From positions 1 through 64,000 of IMG/VR virus record IMGVR_UViG_3300042934_000594: 64,000 bases of DNA, one strand, 5' to 3'. The notes below the pieces were generated by a model that made no database searches, was not told the DNA's origin, and saw nothing but the letters and a program-made list of their open reading frames with translations. This document shows, one piece after another, positions 27,034 through 35,980 of this stretch. The position numbers and the translations under genes were made by a program. Numbering within the stretch: the first letter of the stretch is position 1; every line of letters begins with the position of its first letter.

Positions 27034-27413
27034 CCGACCAATTCACGATGGATCAGCCGGGGTACGAAGCTGCCTACCAGTGGCTTAACCAAACCCATCA
27101 GTTTCACCTGCTGGATGCTATTCCTAAGTCCGATGGTTACACGGTCATCACCTTGGCCAATACACTGTGGGTGCAGCAGAACGGCGGCGTAGAACGTGAG
27201 TTCGAGATCTGGATGGAAGGCTACCAGGCCACCGGTGAGAGCGGTGGGGCACAACTGGTCGGTAAGTCCACCGGGTGGACCTTCTACGACGCGGTTAAGA
27301 ACCTGGCAGACCGGTCACACAAGGGTAAGTTTGACTGGTACGGTGGCCGTTGGAGTATTTGGGCCTGTCGTTTGTTCGACAATGAAGCCGACGCTCGCAA
27401 GAGCTTTGGCTAA
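27030..27413 (+). CDS. conserved phage hypothetical protein (IW.EGY.ATG / W.CRLFDNE..AR.SFG motif)
   Basis: ATGA overlap; motif recalled from many phage genomes. Confidence 0.75.
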   Translation: MTDQFTMDQPGYEAAYQWLNQTHQFHLLDAIPKSDGYTVITLANTLWVQQNGGVEREFEIWMEGYQATGESGGAQLVGKSTGWTFYDAVKNLADRSHKGKFDWYGGRWSIWACRLFDNEADARKSFG

Positions 27414-27422
27414 GGATCTGCT

Positions 27423-27644
27423 ATGCGTTACGCGCTAGAGCAACGGCTGCGGTTGATTGACTTCCTCCTGGCGCAGTATGGTTGGTTGCACCGCAAGATG
27501 GTCATGGACTACTACGCCATCACCATGGCAGCAGCATCCAAAGACTTTGCTGATTATATGAAACTGGCGCCTGACAACATGGCTTACAACTTAAAGGCTA
27601 AGCGCTACGAGCGTCAGTCTGGGTTTAAGCGGTTGTTTGAGTAG
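27423..27644 (+). CDS. stand-alone CapW/BrxR-type winged helix-turn-helix (no WYL domain)
   Basis: EQRLRLIDFLL..G...R..VMD.Y.I....ASKD...Y..LAP.NM.Y....K.Y.....F..LF matches the N-terminal wHTH of CapW-like WYL regulators. Confidence 0.75.
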   Translation: MRYALEQRLRLIDFLLAQYGWLHRKMVMDYYAITMAAASKDFADYMKLAPDNMAYNLKAKRYERQSGFKRLFE

Positions 27645-27813
27645 TCGGTACCGTCCATGACCCTTGGGCCTTAGGGTGCCAATCTCGCTGTGTAGGATGC
27701 CGGCGCATCTGAGCATGGGAGCCCCCTTCGAGAGGTGGGCAAGTGTAGAGGCAGGACAGACGATGTGGTCGCGTGCGACCTGCGCTGGACTGGGGTCAGC
27801 TTATTCCGTACAG

Positions 27814-27840
27814 ATCCCTCCCGCTTGGGAGGGGTTTATT
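27814..27840 (+). terminator. CCCTCCC-family hairpin
   Basis: ccctccc-gctt-gggaggg-gtttattt. Confidence 0.65.
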
Positions 27841-27863
27841 TCGCAACGTTCAGGCGACCTGAT

Positions 27864-28490
27864 ATGAAATGCAAGCACTGTGACCAACCCATGGTCTTTG
27901 AATTGGGGGTGGACAACGGAACAGATGAAGAAGCGTACTGCTACAACCTACACAGCTGTCGCGATTGCGGTACCCTCCTTAAGGAAGACATCCACAATCG
28001 ACTGCTGATCTGGATTCCCCCAAGCAATCAGATTCTTCGTGAGGGTAGTGAGGACCTTGACAGTCCTTTCAAACTGCCTCCCGTGACGCACGCACCGTTG
28101 GGGGTGCAGGAGTTCCTAAAGATGTTGCGCTCGCGCATCAACCAAGGGTACATGCCTTCAGCGACGGGGGAACAACAATACAACAGCAAGCCTGAGTACT
28201 TGCGTAACCTGCAACTGATTTTGGACAAGCCTGGGCAAAGTGGACTGTCGTATGGCTCAGGCTTTTATGCACAGGACGGCGCTTACCTGGAGTACACAGG
28301 GGGCAAGAAGGTTCATGACATTTACTTGTTCTTGGATGTGAGTAATGTGGCAGTGTTGGTGAACCTGTTGACCGATGAAGCCTACGTGGCCTTAAGCGGT
28401 GAAACCATTGGGGCGTGGGAACCGTGGACAGCACAGTTGCTGTCCGTAGATCGCCACCTGTTGGCGGAGAAGATTGACGCGTATTGCTAA
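27864..28490 (+). CDS. hypothetical protein with N-terminal Zn ribbon
   Basis: MKCKHC...CRDCG. Confidence 0.7.
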   Translation: MKCKHCDQPMVFELGVDNGTDEEAYCYNLHSCRDCGTLLKEDIHNRLLIWIPPSNQILREGSEDLDSPFKLPPVTHAPLGVQEFLKMLRSRINQGYMPSATGEQQYNSKPEYLRNLQLILDKPGQSGLSYGSGFYAQDGAYLEYTGGKKVHDIYLFLDVSNVAVLVNLLTDEAYVALSGETIGAWEPWTAQLLSVDRHLLAEKIDAYC

Positions 28491-28528
28491 CGTCAGTCGT
28501 GGCAACTTTCACCCGGGAGCACACTACT

Positions 28529-29302
28529 ATGAAACTTACCCGCCCACCCAAGACACGGAGAATCTTTATGTCCGAGCCATCACGCCGTTACGTACAGTCT
28601 GAAGAATCCAGCGCCCCGTTCTTCAGCCTGCATGAAGTCCTGATCCTGCACTTCGTAGATGCCGCAGGTATCGCAGCCCACGTCATCGGTTACGTCGAGC
28701 GCGTAAACACCGAAACCGAAGGTCCGGCTCTGTTTGACTTCGCCTTCCGCAACAAGTGGCGCAGTGGCGGCTTCGGCGGTCTGCTGACGCTCACCAACGT
28801 ACCAGCCTGGCGTTACCTGGTCGACCGTCTGCCGAACCAGGACGAACTCAAGTTGATCTTCGACGGTGCTGAAGAGTCCGCCAAGCCACACCTGTTCTTC
28901 CGTGATGCCGACGGCCAGCCGGTACTGGTGTCCAAGGCGCTGGAAGGGTACACCCCTACCCAACCACTGCCAGTCTTTGACAACGACGAAGGCCACGTGC
29001 TGGAATCGGGTGAAGGTGTGGCCACCGCGGCTGACTCTGACACCGAACTGCGCGATCAAGTCAACCAGATCATCGTCGCAGCCCACAACCACGTCACCGG
29101 TGACTCGAAGCTGACTGAACAGGAACTGGCCGAAGTCGTCGAGAAAAACATCGCCGAAGCTGTCACGGAACTGACCCACAACGAATGGCGCGCCACCTCC
29201 AAGACCCGTCTGGTCAATGGAGATCTGGTCACCGACGTGAGCCTGTTCCGGGTGGATGAACCCAAGACCTTCCACGTAGAAGCCAACCGCATCAGCGAAT
29301 AA
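28529..29302 (+). CDS. hypothetical protein
   Basis: GGGAG RBS; strong C-ending codon bias. Confidence 0.75.
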   Translation: MKLTRPPKTRRIFMSEPSRRYVQSEESSAPFFSLHEVLILHFVDAAGIAAHVIGYVERVNTETEGPALFDFAFRNKWRSGGFGGLLTLTNVPAWRYLVDRLPNQDELKLIFDGAEESAKPHLFFRDADGQPVLVSKALEGYTPTQPLPVFDNDEGHVLESGEGVATAADSDTELRDQVNQIIVAAHNHVTGDSKLTEQELAEVVEKNIAEAVTELTHNEWRATSKTRLVNGDLVTDVSLFRVDEPKTFHVEANRISE

Positions 29303-29303
29303 C

Positions 29304-29336
29304 CATACGGCCTCCCTTCGGGGAGGCTTTATGCCG
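29304..29336 (+). terminator. GCCTCCC-family hairpin
   Basis: catacg-gcctccc-ttcg-gggaggc-tttatgcc. Confidence 0.7.
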
Positions 29337-29388
29337 TCTCGGGAAATACCCCCGCTTTATATCCTATGCCAAAACGCCTTGTCTTGGC

Positions 29389-29448
29389 GGTCCACAAGGA
29401 CCTTACATGCGCTGTCCACAAGGACACTTGGCGCATCACCCACAAGGG
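29389..29448 (+). repeat. three CCACAAGG repeats at 24-nt period, each an ACAA-loop hairpin
   Basis: CCACAAGG starts at 29392, 29416, 29440; stems ggtcc/ggacc, tgtcc/ggaca, ccc/ggg; third overlaps the RBS. Confidence 0.7.
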
Positions 29449-29455
29449 AAACCAC

Positions 29456-30502
29456 ATGGTTAACATGTCTGTTGTACAAGAGCTGTACCTGCAATTGGTG
29501 CGTTGTGCCCTGGAAGGCCGCACAACCACCCGTAGTGAGTTGATTAGCCGGATCCCGGACGTTCTAGGGGATGGCGATAAAGAAGGCGCTATCGACGCTG
29601 TAGACCCGATGACGGACCCTCTGGGTGTACTGTGCACCTGGCTTAAAGAGCGGAACTTGCCGATGCTCACCAGTTTGCTGGTGAAAGAATCCGGTGGGGG
29701 TGTAGGTCGGGTTGGCTTAGGCTTCTGGCGTGGCCTGGGCTTTGAGTTAAACGACAAGGAGCTGACCTCCGACGCTGCCGGGATGTTCCAGCGGTATCTG
29801 CAAACCCAGTGCTTTGATTACTTTCAAGGGGTGGGGGTCAACAACTATGCCTTGGACCAACTGGTCAACCGTCGCTTGTTGGCTGTTTTGGGCAGTGAGT
29901 ACCCGGACCTGCGTGATGCCTGCCGTGCATTAGTGGAAGAGCTGTTGGCCAAACCCGACGTGGACCATAAACAGGTCAGCCGTGACGGGAGCCTTACCTC
30001 TGAGCCCGTCAACATGGCGGTTAGCCTCAATGCCTGGTTTGATCGGGTGTGCACGTGGTCAGACCTGGGTCTGCTGCTGGACTACGATCGGACCCTGGTC
30101 ATGAGCTACGAGCAGAAGCACTCCCATACCCGCACCGGTGTCTTGCCGATTGGCACCGAACTGGACATTGCCAGCTTTATGTTTGGTGACCTCTTGGCGG
30201 GCCATTACTTCACCTTGCTCAACCTGGAAGTCACTGGCGGCCTGGACAGTGAACGCAAACCGATCTACGGCCTGGAGATGACCTACTCAGGCTCATTGCC
30301 AGGGACGTGGAACTACGCCATCAAAGCGGACAACCGTGGCATTGGCGGGGTCACTGTGGACCCGCAGCGTTGCATCTTCCGGGCATCGGTCGACAGCAGC
30401 ACACCCATCAAGGAACTGATCGTCTCCGTGAAGGCCCTGGCCCATCCCCTCACCGACCCTGACCCGGATGTAGGGGGCGTACCCAAAGCCCTGTTGATGT
30501 AA
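29456..30502 (+). CDS. hypothetical protein with N-terminal winged-helix-like domain
   Basis: LGVLCTWLKERNLPMLTSLLVK...G.GFW resembles the wHTH found at the N-termini of some nucleases. Confidence 0.7.
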   Translation: MVNMSVVQELYLQLVRCALEGRTTTRSELISRIPDVLGDGDKEGAIDAVDPMTDPLGVLCTWLKERNLPMLTSLLVKESGGGVGRVGLGFWRGLGFELNDKELTSDAAGMFQRYLQTQCFDYFQGVGVNNYALDQLVNRRLLAVLGSEYPDLRDACRALVEELLAKPDVDHKQVSRDGSLTSEPVNMAVSLNAWFDRVCTWSDLGLLLDYDRTLVMSYEQKHSHTRTGVLPIGTELDIASFMFGDLLAGHYFTLLNLEVTGGLDSERKPIYGLEMTYSGSLPGTWNYAIKADNRGIGGVTVDPQRCIFRASVDSSTPIKELIVSVKALAHPLTDPDPDVGGVPKALLM

Positions 30503-30504
30503 GC

Positions 30505-30541
30505 GACATAGGCCCCTCCCCGAAGGGAGGGGCTTTATGCT
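30505..30541. terminator. bidirectional GCCCCTCCC-family hairpin
   Basis: gacatag-gcccctccc-cgaa-gggaggggc-tttatg between convergent genes. Confidence 0.75.
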
Positions 30542-30545
30542 GTCT

Positions 30546-31415
30546 TTATTTTACCGACGCATCGATCCACTTGGCCATGGCTTCGATGTAGTTGGTGATG
30601 TAAACATAGTAGTGCTGGTAGGATTCAGAGGCGTGGTAGTAACTGTGCTCAGCACCGTACGCACACTCGGAGACTTCATTGACCAGGTACTTGAGTTTGT
30701 CCGCCAACTCTGGATCGGACGACCAGTGCTTGTCGATCTCATCTTCGAATGGGTTATCGGAGGTGTACATCTTATCCCCGCCCATAGGTGCTAAACGGTC
30801 GTACCATTTCTTACCAAACGGGGTGGCGAGCCGATTACCTTCATACAGCTCCAGCATCAATTTGGCAGTGGCCTGTACGCCGTCCTTGTCCAGGGCGGGT
30901 AACTTAGCCGTCTCAGGCGCCTGATATGCTTCAGTGGGTTGGGTCCACTTAGGGTCATTGAGGTCGTCGTTGAAGATCAATTTGTCCAAGAACGCACGAC
31001 AGGCTTTGGCATCCTTCCATTTACCCGACGCAAAGAACTGCGACACCGTGTCGATCTGGTGGGTCAGTTTAATGACCAATTGTTCATCCTGATGCGCCGC
31101 AGCGCGCGAGGCTTGCAGTAACTTACGGGCCTGGGCTTCCCAATTTCCTTGTAAGTAGTTACCGCCTTTGACCGACACCGTCCCTTCAACAAAGCGGCGG
31201 TTACTGAGCCAACTGTAGTTAAGGTAGGTGCGGCTAAGCACTTGTTTCATGTCGCTGTTGGCGGGGATCTTCTCCGTCTTGCCGTGGCGCATGTTGCGAA
31301 AGGTGTCGCCTAGCGATTCCAACAGGCCTTCGCTGGAAGGACGAAAGAACACGCTTTCAATGCTGGTGTGGGTCGGTTGCGAGTGGTGTTGCTCAAGGTA
31401 CTTACGATAGTCCAT
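30546..31415 (-). CDS. phiKZ-like internal head/virion protein (gp93/162/163-type family)
   Basis: N-terminal S-x-E processing sites (SIES, PSSE|GLL) and TYLN.SWL..RRFVEG.V motif. Confidence 0.6.
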   Translation of the reverse strand: MDYRKYLEQHHSQPTHTSIESVFFRPSSEGLLESLGDTFRNMRHGKTEKIPANSDMKQVLSRTYLNYSWLSNRRFVEGTVSVKGGNYLQGNWEAQARKLLQASRAAAHQDEQLVIKLTHQIDTVSQFFASGKWKDAKACRAFLDKLIFNDDLNDPKWTQPTEAYQAPETAKLPALDKDGVQATAKLMLELYEGNRLATPFGKKWYDRLAPMGGDKMYTSDNPFEDEIDKHWSSDPELADKLKYLVNEVSECAYGAEHSYYHASESYQHYYVYITNYIEAMAKWIDASVK

Positions 31416-31486
31416 TTTAGTTCACTTGCCCAGGCGGAGGAAGGAGGCCCACAGGCATCCCGATGTATAGCATTGGACGTGTGGAC

Positions 31487-31522
31487 GGCATAAACCCTCC
31501 CCGTAACAGGGAGGGCCTTTTG
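31487..31522. terminator. CCCTCCC-family hairpin after nrdB
   Basis: ggcataaa-ccctccc-cgtaaca-gggaggg-cctttt. Confidence 0.65.
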
Positions 31523-31529
31523 GTGTCTT

Positions 31530-32723
31530 TTACAGCACCAGTTCGAAGTCTTCGTTGTCATCGTCACGCGACAACAGGTTAACCTTGTACTGAGCGTTCT
31601 GCTCCTCCTGTGGGGCGCTCTGAGACGCGCTGACGTCCAGGTAGTCCAACATGAAGGGCAATGGGTTGGTCTGTGGGAATTCGTGCCCACGGGCGATCAG
31701 GTCCTGCTCTACGCCCATGAACACTGCCGCAGCGCGACCGTTGAACTTGTTCCAGCGTTTACCGTGACTCAAGGTAAAGCCTGGCAGTTCGTTGCCTGAG
31801 CTGAATAGGTACTCCAACCAAGTGTCTTCGCTGTTGAGGATCTCATCCAACAGGTTGACGATCATCGGTTTGCACTGCTGGTACGCGATACGGCCGCGCT
31901 CGGTGGCCAGTTCGATGCGCAGCACTTCCTGACCGAACTGAGCGTGGATCTCGAACTCGTCCTGGGCAATACGCTCCACCGCTTTACCAATCGGTTGGAA
32001 CAGGCCGGTGCGGCACACCGCGAAGGTGATGGCGAACGAGGACATGAACTGCACGCGCTCCAGGAAGTACATGGCCACCAGGAACATGAAGATGGCGTTG
32101 TACGACTCTTGATCGGCTTCCACCTGACCCAAGGCGTATTTGTGGCTGACTTCATGAGCACGACCCATGACCTGGGCCACCGACGTCAGGCGCGACATGG
32201 CTTCCTTGACTTCCAGGATTTCTTTGAGCACTTCATCCGGGTTGTCGAAGCTGGAACGCACGATCTCCGAGTACGTCAGGCCGTGAACGTTTTCGTTCTC
32301 GTTGATCTTGACGTAACCGCACCAGAGTTCAGTCGAGCTGCACACCGGGCCCATGATCGTCGCAATGGCCCGTGAGGCCATCGAGTCGGCTTCCCACTGC
32401 CAGGCCAACGTCTTGATCATGAAGTCGGCGCAGATACGCCCTGTAGGGTCACTGGTGGCAAACTCCACGTTACAGCTGGAGTAGTCGAACTCGTTTTCGT
32501 CCCAGTCGAGCGAGCGCAGCGTTTTGTACAACGACCACAGCTGGGGGTACTGCTTGTTGATGGTGTCCAGTAGACCACCCTCTTGACCGAAGAACAGCGG
32601 GGTGCGTTCGTAGTCGGTTTTCTGGGTGTTGAAGATCTTGGCCGGCAGGGCAGACGGTGGTGCGTAGCCCCGGGAAGGTTCGTGGGGTAGTTCGGAATCG
32701 GGTTGGAATTCGCGGTCAGTCAT
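31530..32723 (-). CDS. nrdB: ribonucleotide reductase class Ia beta subunit
   Basis: EADS, ENVHGLTY (E..H..Y radical Tyr), FLE...FM.SF, DEFEIH. Confidence 0.95.
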   Translation of the reverse strand: MTDREFQPDSELPHEPSRGYAPPSALPAKIFNTQKTDYERTPLFFGQEGGLLDTINKQYPQLWSLYKTLRSLDWDENEFDYSSCNVEFATSDPTGRICADFMIKTLAWQWEADSMASRAIATIMGPVCSSTELWCGYVKINENENVHGLTYSEIVRSSFDNPDEVLKEILEVKEAMSRLTSVAQVMGRAHEVSHKYALGQVEADQESYNAIFMFLVAMYFLERVQFMSSFAITFAVCRTGLFQPIGKAVERIAQDEFEIHAQFGQEVLRIELATERGRIAYQQCKPMIVNLLDEILNSEDTWLEYLFSSGNELPGFTLSHGKRWNKFNGRAAAVFMGVEQDLIARGHEFPQTNPLPFMLDYLDVSASQSAPQEEQNAQYKVNLLSRDDDNEDFELVL

Positions 32724-32783
32724 GAATGGTCTCGGATCAAGAGGGTATAGAGAGTGGGGACCCGTAGGTCCCCACTCGGGGGT

Positions 32784-35258
32784 TCACAGTGCGCAGGCAC
32801 CGGAGGCACAATTGGCTTCGCTGGTATTGTTGGCTACCGCTGTTTCCATGTGCTCCAAGTCCAGCCCTTCGGCGGTCTCGCAGTTCTGGTAATAGCGGGT
32901 CTTCAGGCCCATCTTGACCATGTACAGGTAATCGCGAATCATCTCGGTCGAGGTAATCTTCTCGTCTTTGATGATGCGACGGAACAGGTCAGCACTGATG
33001 GCTTGGTCGGTGAACTTCTGGAACAGCGCGTAGCAGTCGATCATGTCCTTGGTGGGAATGTCCCAGGCCATTTCGTACTCGTAGTCAGGATCATCGCCAA
33101 ACGGCGCTGCCCAACGGATCGAGTTCTGCTCGTCGGTCTTCTTCAAGATCTTGCGACGGATCGGGTAGATGCTGTTGGTCAAGCCGGCAGCTTTGGACGA
33201 CGACTCACCTGGCATGAAGTTCACCAGGCAGCTGTGTGCAATACCACCGTTTTCAATGACGCGTTGCTTCTGACCGGCCCAGTCGTAGGTCAGTGAGAAC
33301 TCACCGATCGAGTCGACGTTACGGTTGTAGGTGTCCAGAGGGGACCAACCCTCAGGCCACTTGGTCTTGTGGATCCATGGCGCCAGGCCACGCTCCTTGG
33401 AGATCATCAGCGAGGCTTCGATCGCCATGTACATGTGACGCTCGGCCAGCCAGTGAATCTCTTGTTTGCCGGCAATCGAGGAGTACTTGAGCTTGTTGCG
33501 GGCCATGTGTGTGGCCAGCCCCATCATGCCCATGCCAGCGTTCATGCGTTGCTTGGCCGTAAAGCCCACATGCGGCAGCGGGTAGATCGACTTACCGATG
33601 GTGTAGTCAATCATTTTGTACCCGTAGTACATCACTTCCTGGTACTGCGCATCGTTTTCGATGTTGTCGACGCAGGTGGCACCCAGTGAGCACATGGCCA
33701 CTTCAGGCTGCTGCGTACGTTCCAGGACTTCCACCACGTCGTGAACGATGGCCTCGTTACGGGCGGTGAAGCGATCACCGACCTGCAAGTCGATGGCCGA
33801 ACGAACGATACCGCGCTGTTTGCCGTTTTCCAGCACAACCGGTTCCCACGCGTCCAGGATGTACTCGCCGCCATCCGTGTCACGCCAGGAGAACACACCG
33901 ACTTCACGGTCGGAGTAGACGTGTTCCATCTTGTAATACGGGTTGGTCGGCTCGGTCACTTCAGCGCACAGGTTCGAGGACCAGATGGTTTCCTTGAACG
34001 GGGTGTGGCGGTTGATCTCGTCCATGAAGGACAGGTAAGCCGTACCGGTTTCGTACGCTTCGTTGAGCGAGGTCAGCAACAGCTCACGGGCGTCGAAGTA
34101 GTTCTTGACGAACAGTGGATCGGCTTCGTACTTCTCGTACAGTGCGATGAAGTGACTCAGGTCTGCACTGTAGAAGGCCTGGAACAGATCCGGTGCCGTC
34201 TTGCAGCTCCAGGAGAAGATCTGACGCTCTTCTGGGGTTTTCTTCGCAACCTTGGAGGCGAAGAATTTGTTCTGCATCATGTTGTAATGCAGGTCGCGGT
34301 TCTGCTTGTCCACAGTCTGACGTGGATTACGCAGCTGGACCAGGAAGTCCGCTTCCGGGTCGAATGCATTGAAGTACATGGTGCCTGCGCCACCACGACC
34401 GTTTTTGGTGTTGGCCAGGACCGACTTGGCGATGTCAGCGATGTACGCTTTCTTGCCCAAGTGTTTGATGGTGCCATTGCGCACCGGCTCACCCACGCCA
34501 CGGGTCACCAGGTTCACACCGATGCCGGCGTTGGCTTGGGTCATGATGTTGGCAATGTAGCTGGTGATCGCCAGGGACTGGCCGTCGTCACCGGACACCA
34601 GTAGGCAGCAGGACGCCAGGCCTGGACGTGGGGTTCCGAAGTCAACGTAGTTAGGGGTCGGGGCACTCAGGCGTTTAGCCGAAAGGTGCTCGTACCACTT
34701 GGCCAGGTGCTTCATGCGCACATCGCGCGGTTCGTCTTCTGCCATGGCCATCGCCATACGCATGTACATGAACTGCTGAGTTTCGAACTCCTCGCCAGTG
34801 ACGCGGTTCTTCAGTGCGTACTTCTCACGGCTGTGGTGCAGCGAGAAGTGTGGGCAGTGGTAATCGCGGTCGTGGTCGATCAGCTCTTCGACCATCGCGT
34901 ATTCGGCGTCGGAGTAATCCAACTTGGCCATGATGCCGCGAAATGCCAGACGCGAATGCAGGGCTTTAACGGTCGGTACCTTACCGCCGTAGATTTTCTT
35001 GAAGAGGTAGGCCGCGTAAAGACGCCCTGCCATTTTGTAGGACGACCAGGTGCGCTGATCCAGGCACTCTTCGATCAGCCCCAGTTGAAAGTCCTGACTT
35101 GTGACCTTTTCCGGCATGTGGCGCACGGTGTTTGCCACAATGGAGGTCCAATCAACCTTGTCTCCCAGGTTTTCAGCTGCCCACTCCCCCCAGCCGTTTG
35201 CTTTTTGGGGCATGAAAGCCTGTTCGGAGCCATCAAGTTTGACAATAGTCTTGATCAT
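32784..35258 (-). CDS. nrdA: ribonucleotide reductase class Ia alpha subunit with about 70-aa insertion
   Basis: N-terminal ATP cone, ASCC, SNLCAE, EVAMCSL, MP.ESSS, KTRYY, C-terminal CASGAC. Confidence 0.97.
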   Translation of the reverse strand: MIKTIVKLDGSEQAFMPQKANGWGEWAAENLGDKVDWTSIVANTVRHMPEKVTSQDFQLGLIEECLDQRTWSSYKMAGRLYAAYLFKKIYGGKVPTVKALHSRLAFRGIMAKLDYSDAEYAMVEELIDHDRDYHCPHFSLHHSREKYALKNRVTGEEFETQQFMYMRMAMAMAEDEPRDVRMKHLAKWYEHLSAKRLSAPTPNYVDFGTPRPGLASCCLLVSGDDGQSLAITSYIANIMTQANAGIGVNLVTRGVGEPVRNGTIKHLGKKAYIADIAKSVLANTKNGRGGAGTMYFNAFDPEADFLVQLRNPRQTVDKQNRDLHYNMMQNKFFASKVAKKTPEERQIFSWSCKTAPDLFQAFYSADLSHFIALYEKYEADPLFVKNYFDARELLLTSLNEAYETGTAYLSFMDEINRHTPFKETIWSSNLCAEVTEPTNPYYKMEHVYSDREVGVFSWRDTDGGEYILDAWEPVVLENGKQRGIVRSAIDLQVGDRFTARNEAIVHDVVEVLERTQQPEVAMCSLGATCVDNIENDAQYQEVMYYGYKMIDYTIGKSIYPLPHVGFTAKQRMNAGMGMMGLATHMARNKLKYSSIAGKQEIHWLAERHMYMAIEASLMISKERGLAPWIHKTKWPEGWSPLDTYNRNVDSIGEFSLTYDWAGQKQRVIENGGIAHSCLVNFMPGESSSKAAGLTNSIYPIRRKILKKTDEQNSIRWAAPFGDDPDYEYEMAWDIPTKDMIDCYALFQKFTDQAISADLFRRIIKDEKITSTEMIRDYLYMVKMGLKTRYYQNCETAEGLDLEHMETAVANNTSEANCASGACAL

Positions 35259-35385
35259 GTTAAGGTTGGCCTGTCGTGTAGATATGACAATTATGATTCT
35301 CGTATAGAATCACTTGACGAGTAAAAAACCCACCCAAAAAAGGTAGGTCTGAAAATGTGTTGTGGTCTTCCTAAAGTGCATACCA

Positions 35386-35877
35386 TTACTTTAAATGGAT
35401 AACTTCCCGGACCTGATACGGAGAGATCTTTTGGTTAGTCCGGTGGGGCACGTAAGTACCTAAATGACCCGGCTCAATGATTGCGTTGGTAGGCACATCC
35501 ACAGCAATCACGACACGCTCTGTGAGCGATCCTAAGACACTTTCGCTCACTTCCTGCAAGGTAGTGACGGGTTGGTTTAGGAAGCCTGCTATGTGCACCA
35601 GAAGCTCTCCTACGTAGAGCTCCCGTCGGGTGGGTAGATCAAAGGGGTGCTCACAGGCCTCCCCCACAGTGCAGTAGAAATCACTGCTGCCCGCTAAGGC
35701 CGGTACAGGCACCGCCGTCAGAATTTCATCGGGGACATTGAAGAAATCCTTGATGCGGTTGTACAGATAACAGTAGTCATTGGCGTCCATGCCCACCCCC
35801 GTACGTTTAATGCGGGGTACACACGCCGCACGTGTGCTGTGATACAGCCGGATGACTGCGGCTTCCGTTGGCTTCAT
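35386..35877 (-). CDS. ART/Tpt1-fold-like hypothetical protein
   Basis: LYHST...I..TG at N-terminus, VVIAVDV and I.P..V at C-terminus. Confidence 0.55.
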   Translation of the reverse strand: MKPTEAAVIRLYHSTRAACVPRIKRTGVGMDANDYCYLYNRIKDFFNVPDEILTAVPVPALAGSSDFYCTVGEACEHPFDLPTRRELYVGELLVHIAGFLNQPVTTLQEVSESVLGSLTERVVIAVDVPTNAIIEPGHLGTYVPHRTNQKISPYQVREVIHLK

Positions 35878-35980
35878 TGCTAGTCCCTCCTCTAAAGCAT
35901 ACCATCGGGGTGGTAGCTTTTACTCAGAGACTACTATTATGATTGTTTGTAAAAACTTCCCGTAAACGTTGAGGTGTCCT

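Noticed and set aside
29366-29455. N-terminal extension of the 29456 gene containing AVHKD repeats
   Set aside because: No RBS at 29366 but a good one before 29456; stem covariation favours an RNA element, although the 24-nt period is in-frame so coding is not fully excluded
33693-33965. Functional intein in nrdA
   Set aside because: No N-terminal Cys/Ser and C-terminal His-Asn splice junctions; too short
32754-35324. Several long + strand ORFs antisense to nrdA (32754, 33741, 34686)
   Set aside because: Shadow ORFs of a clearly identified gene
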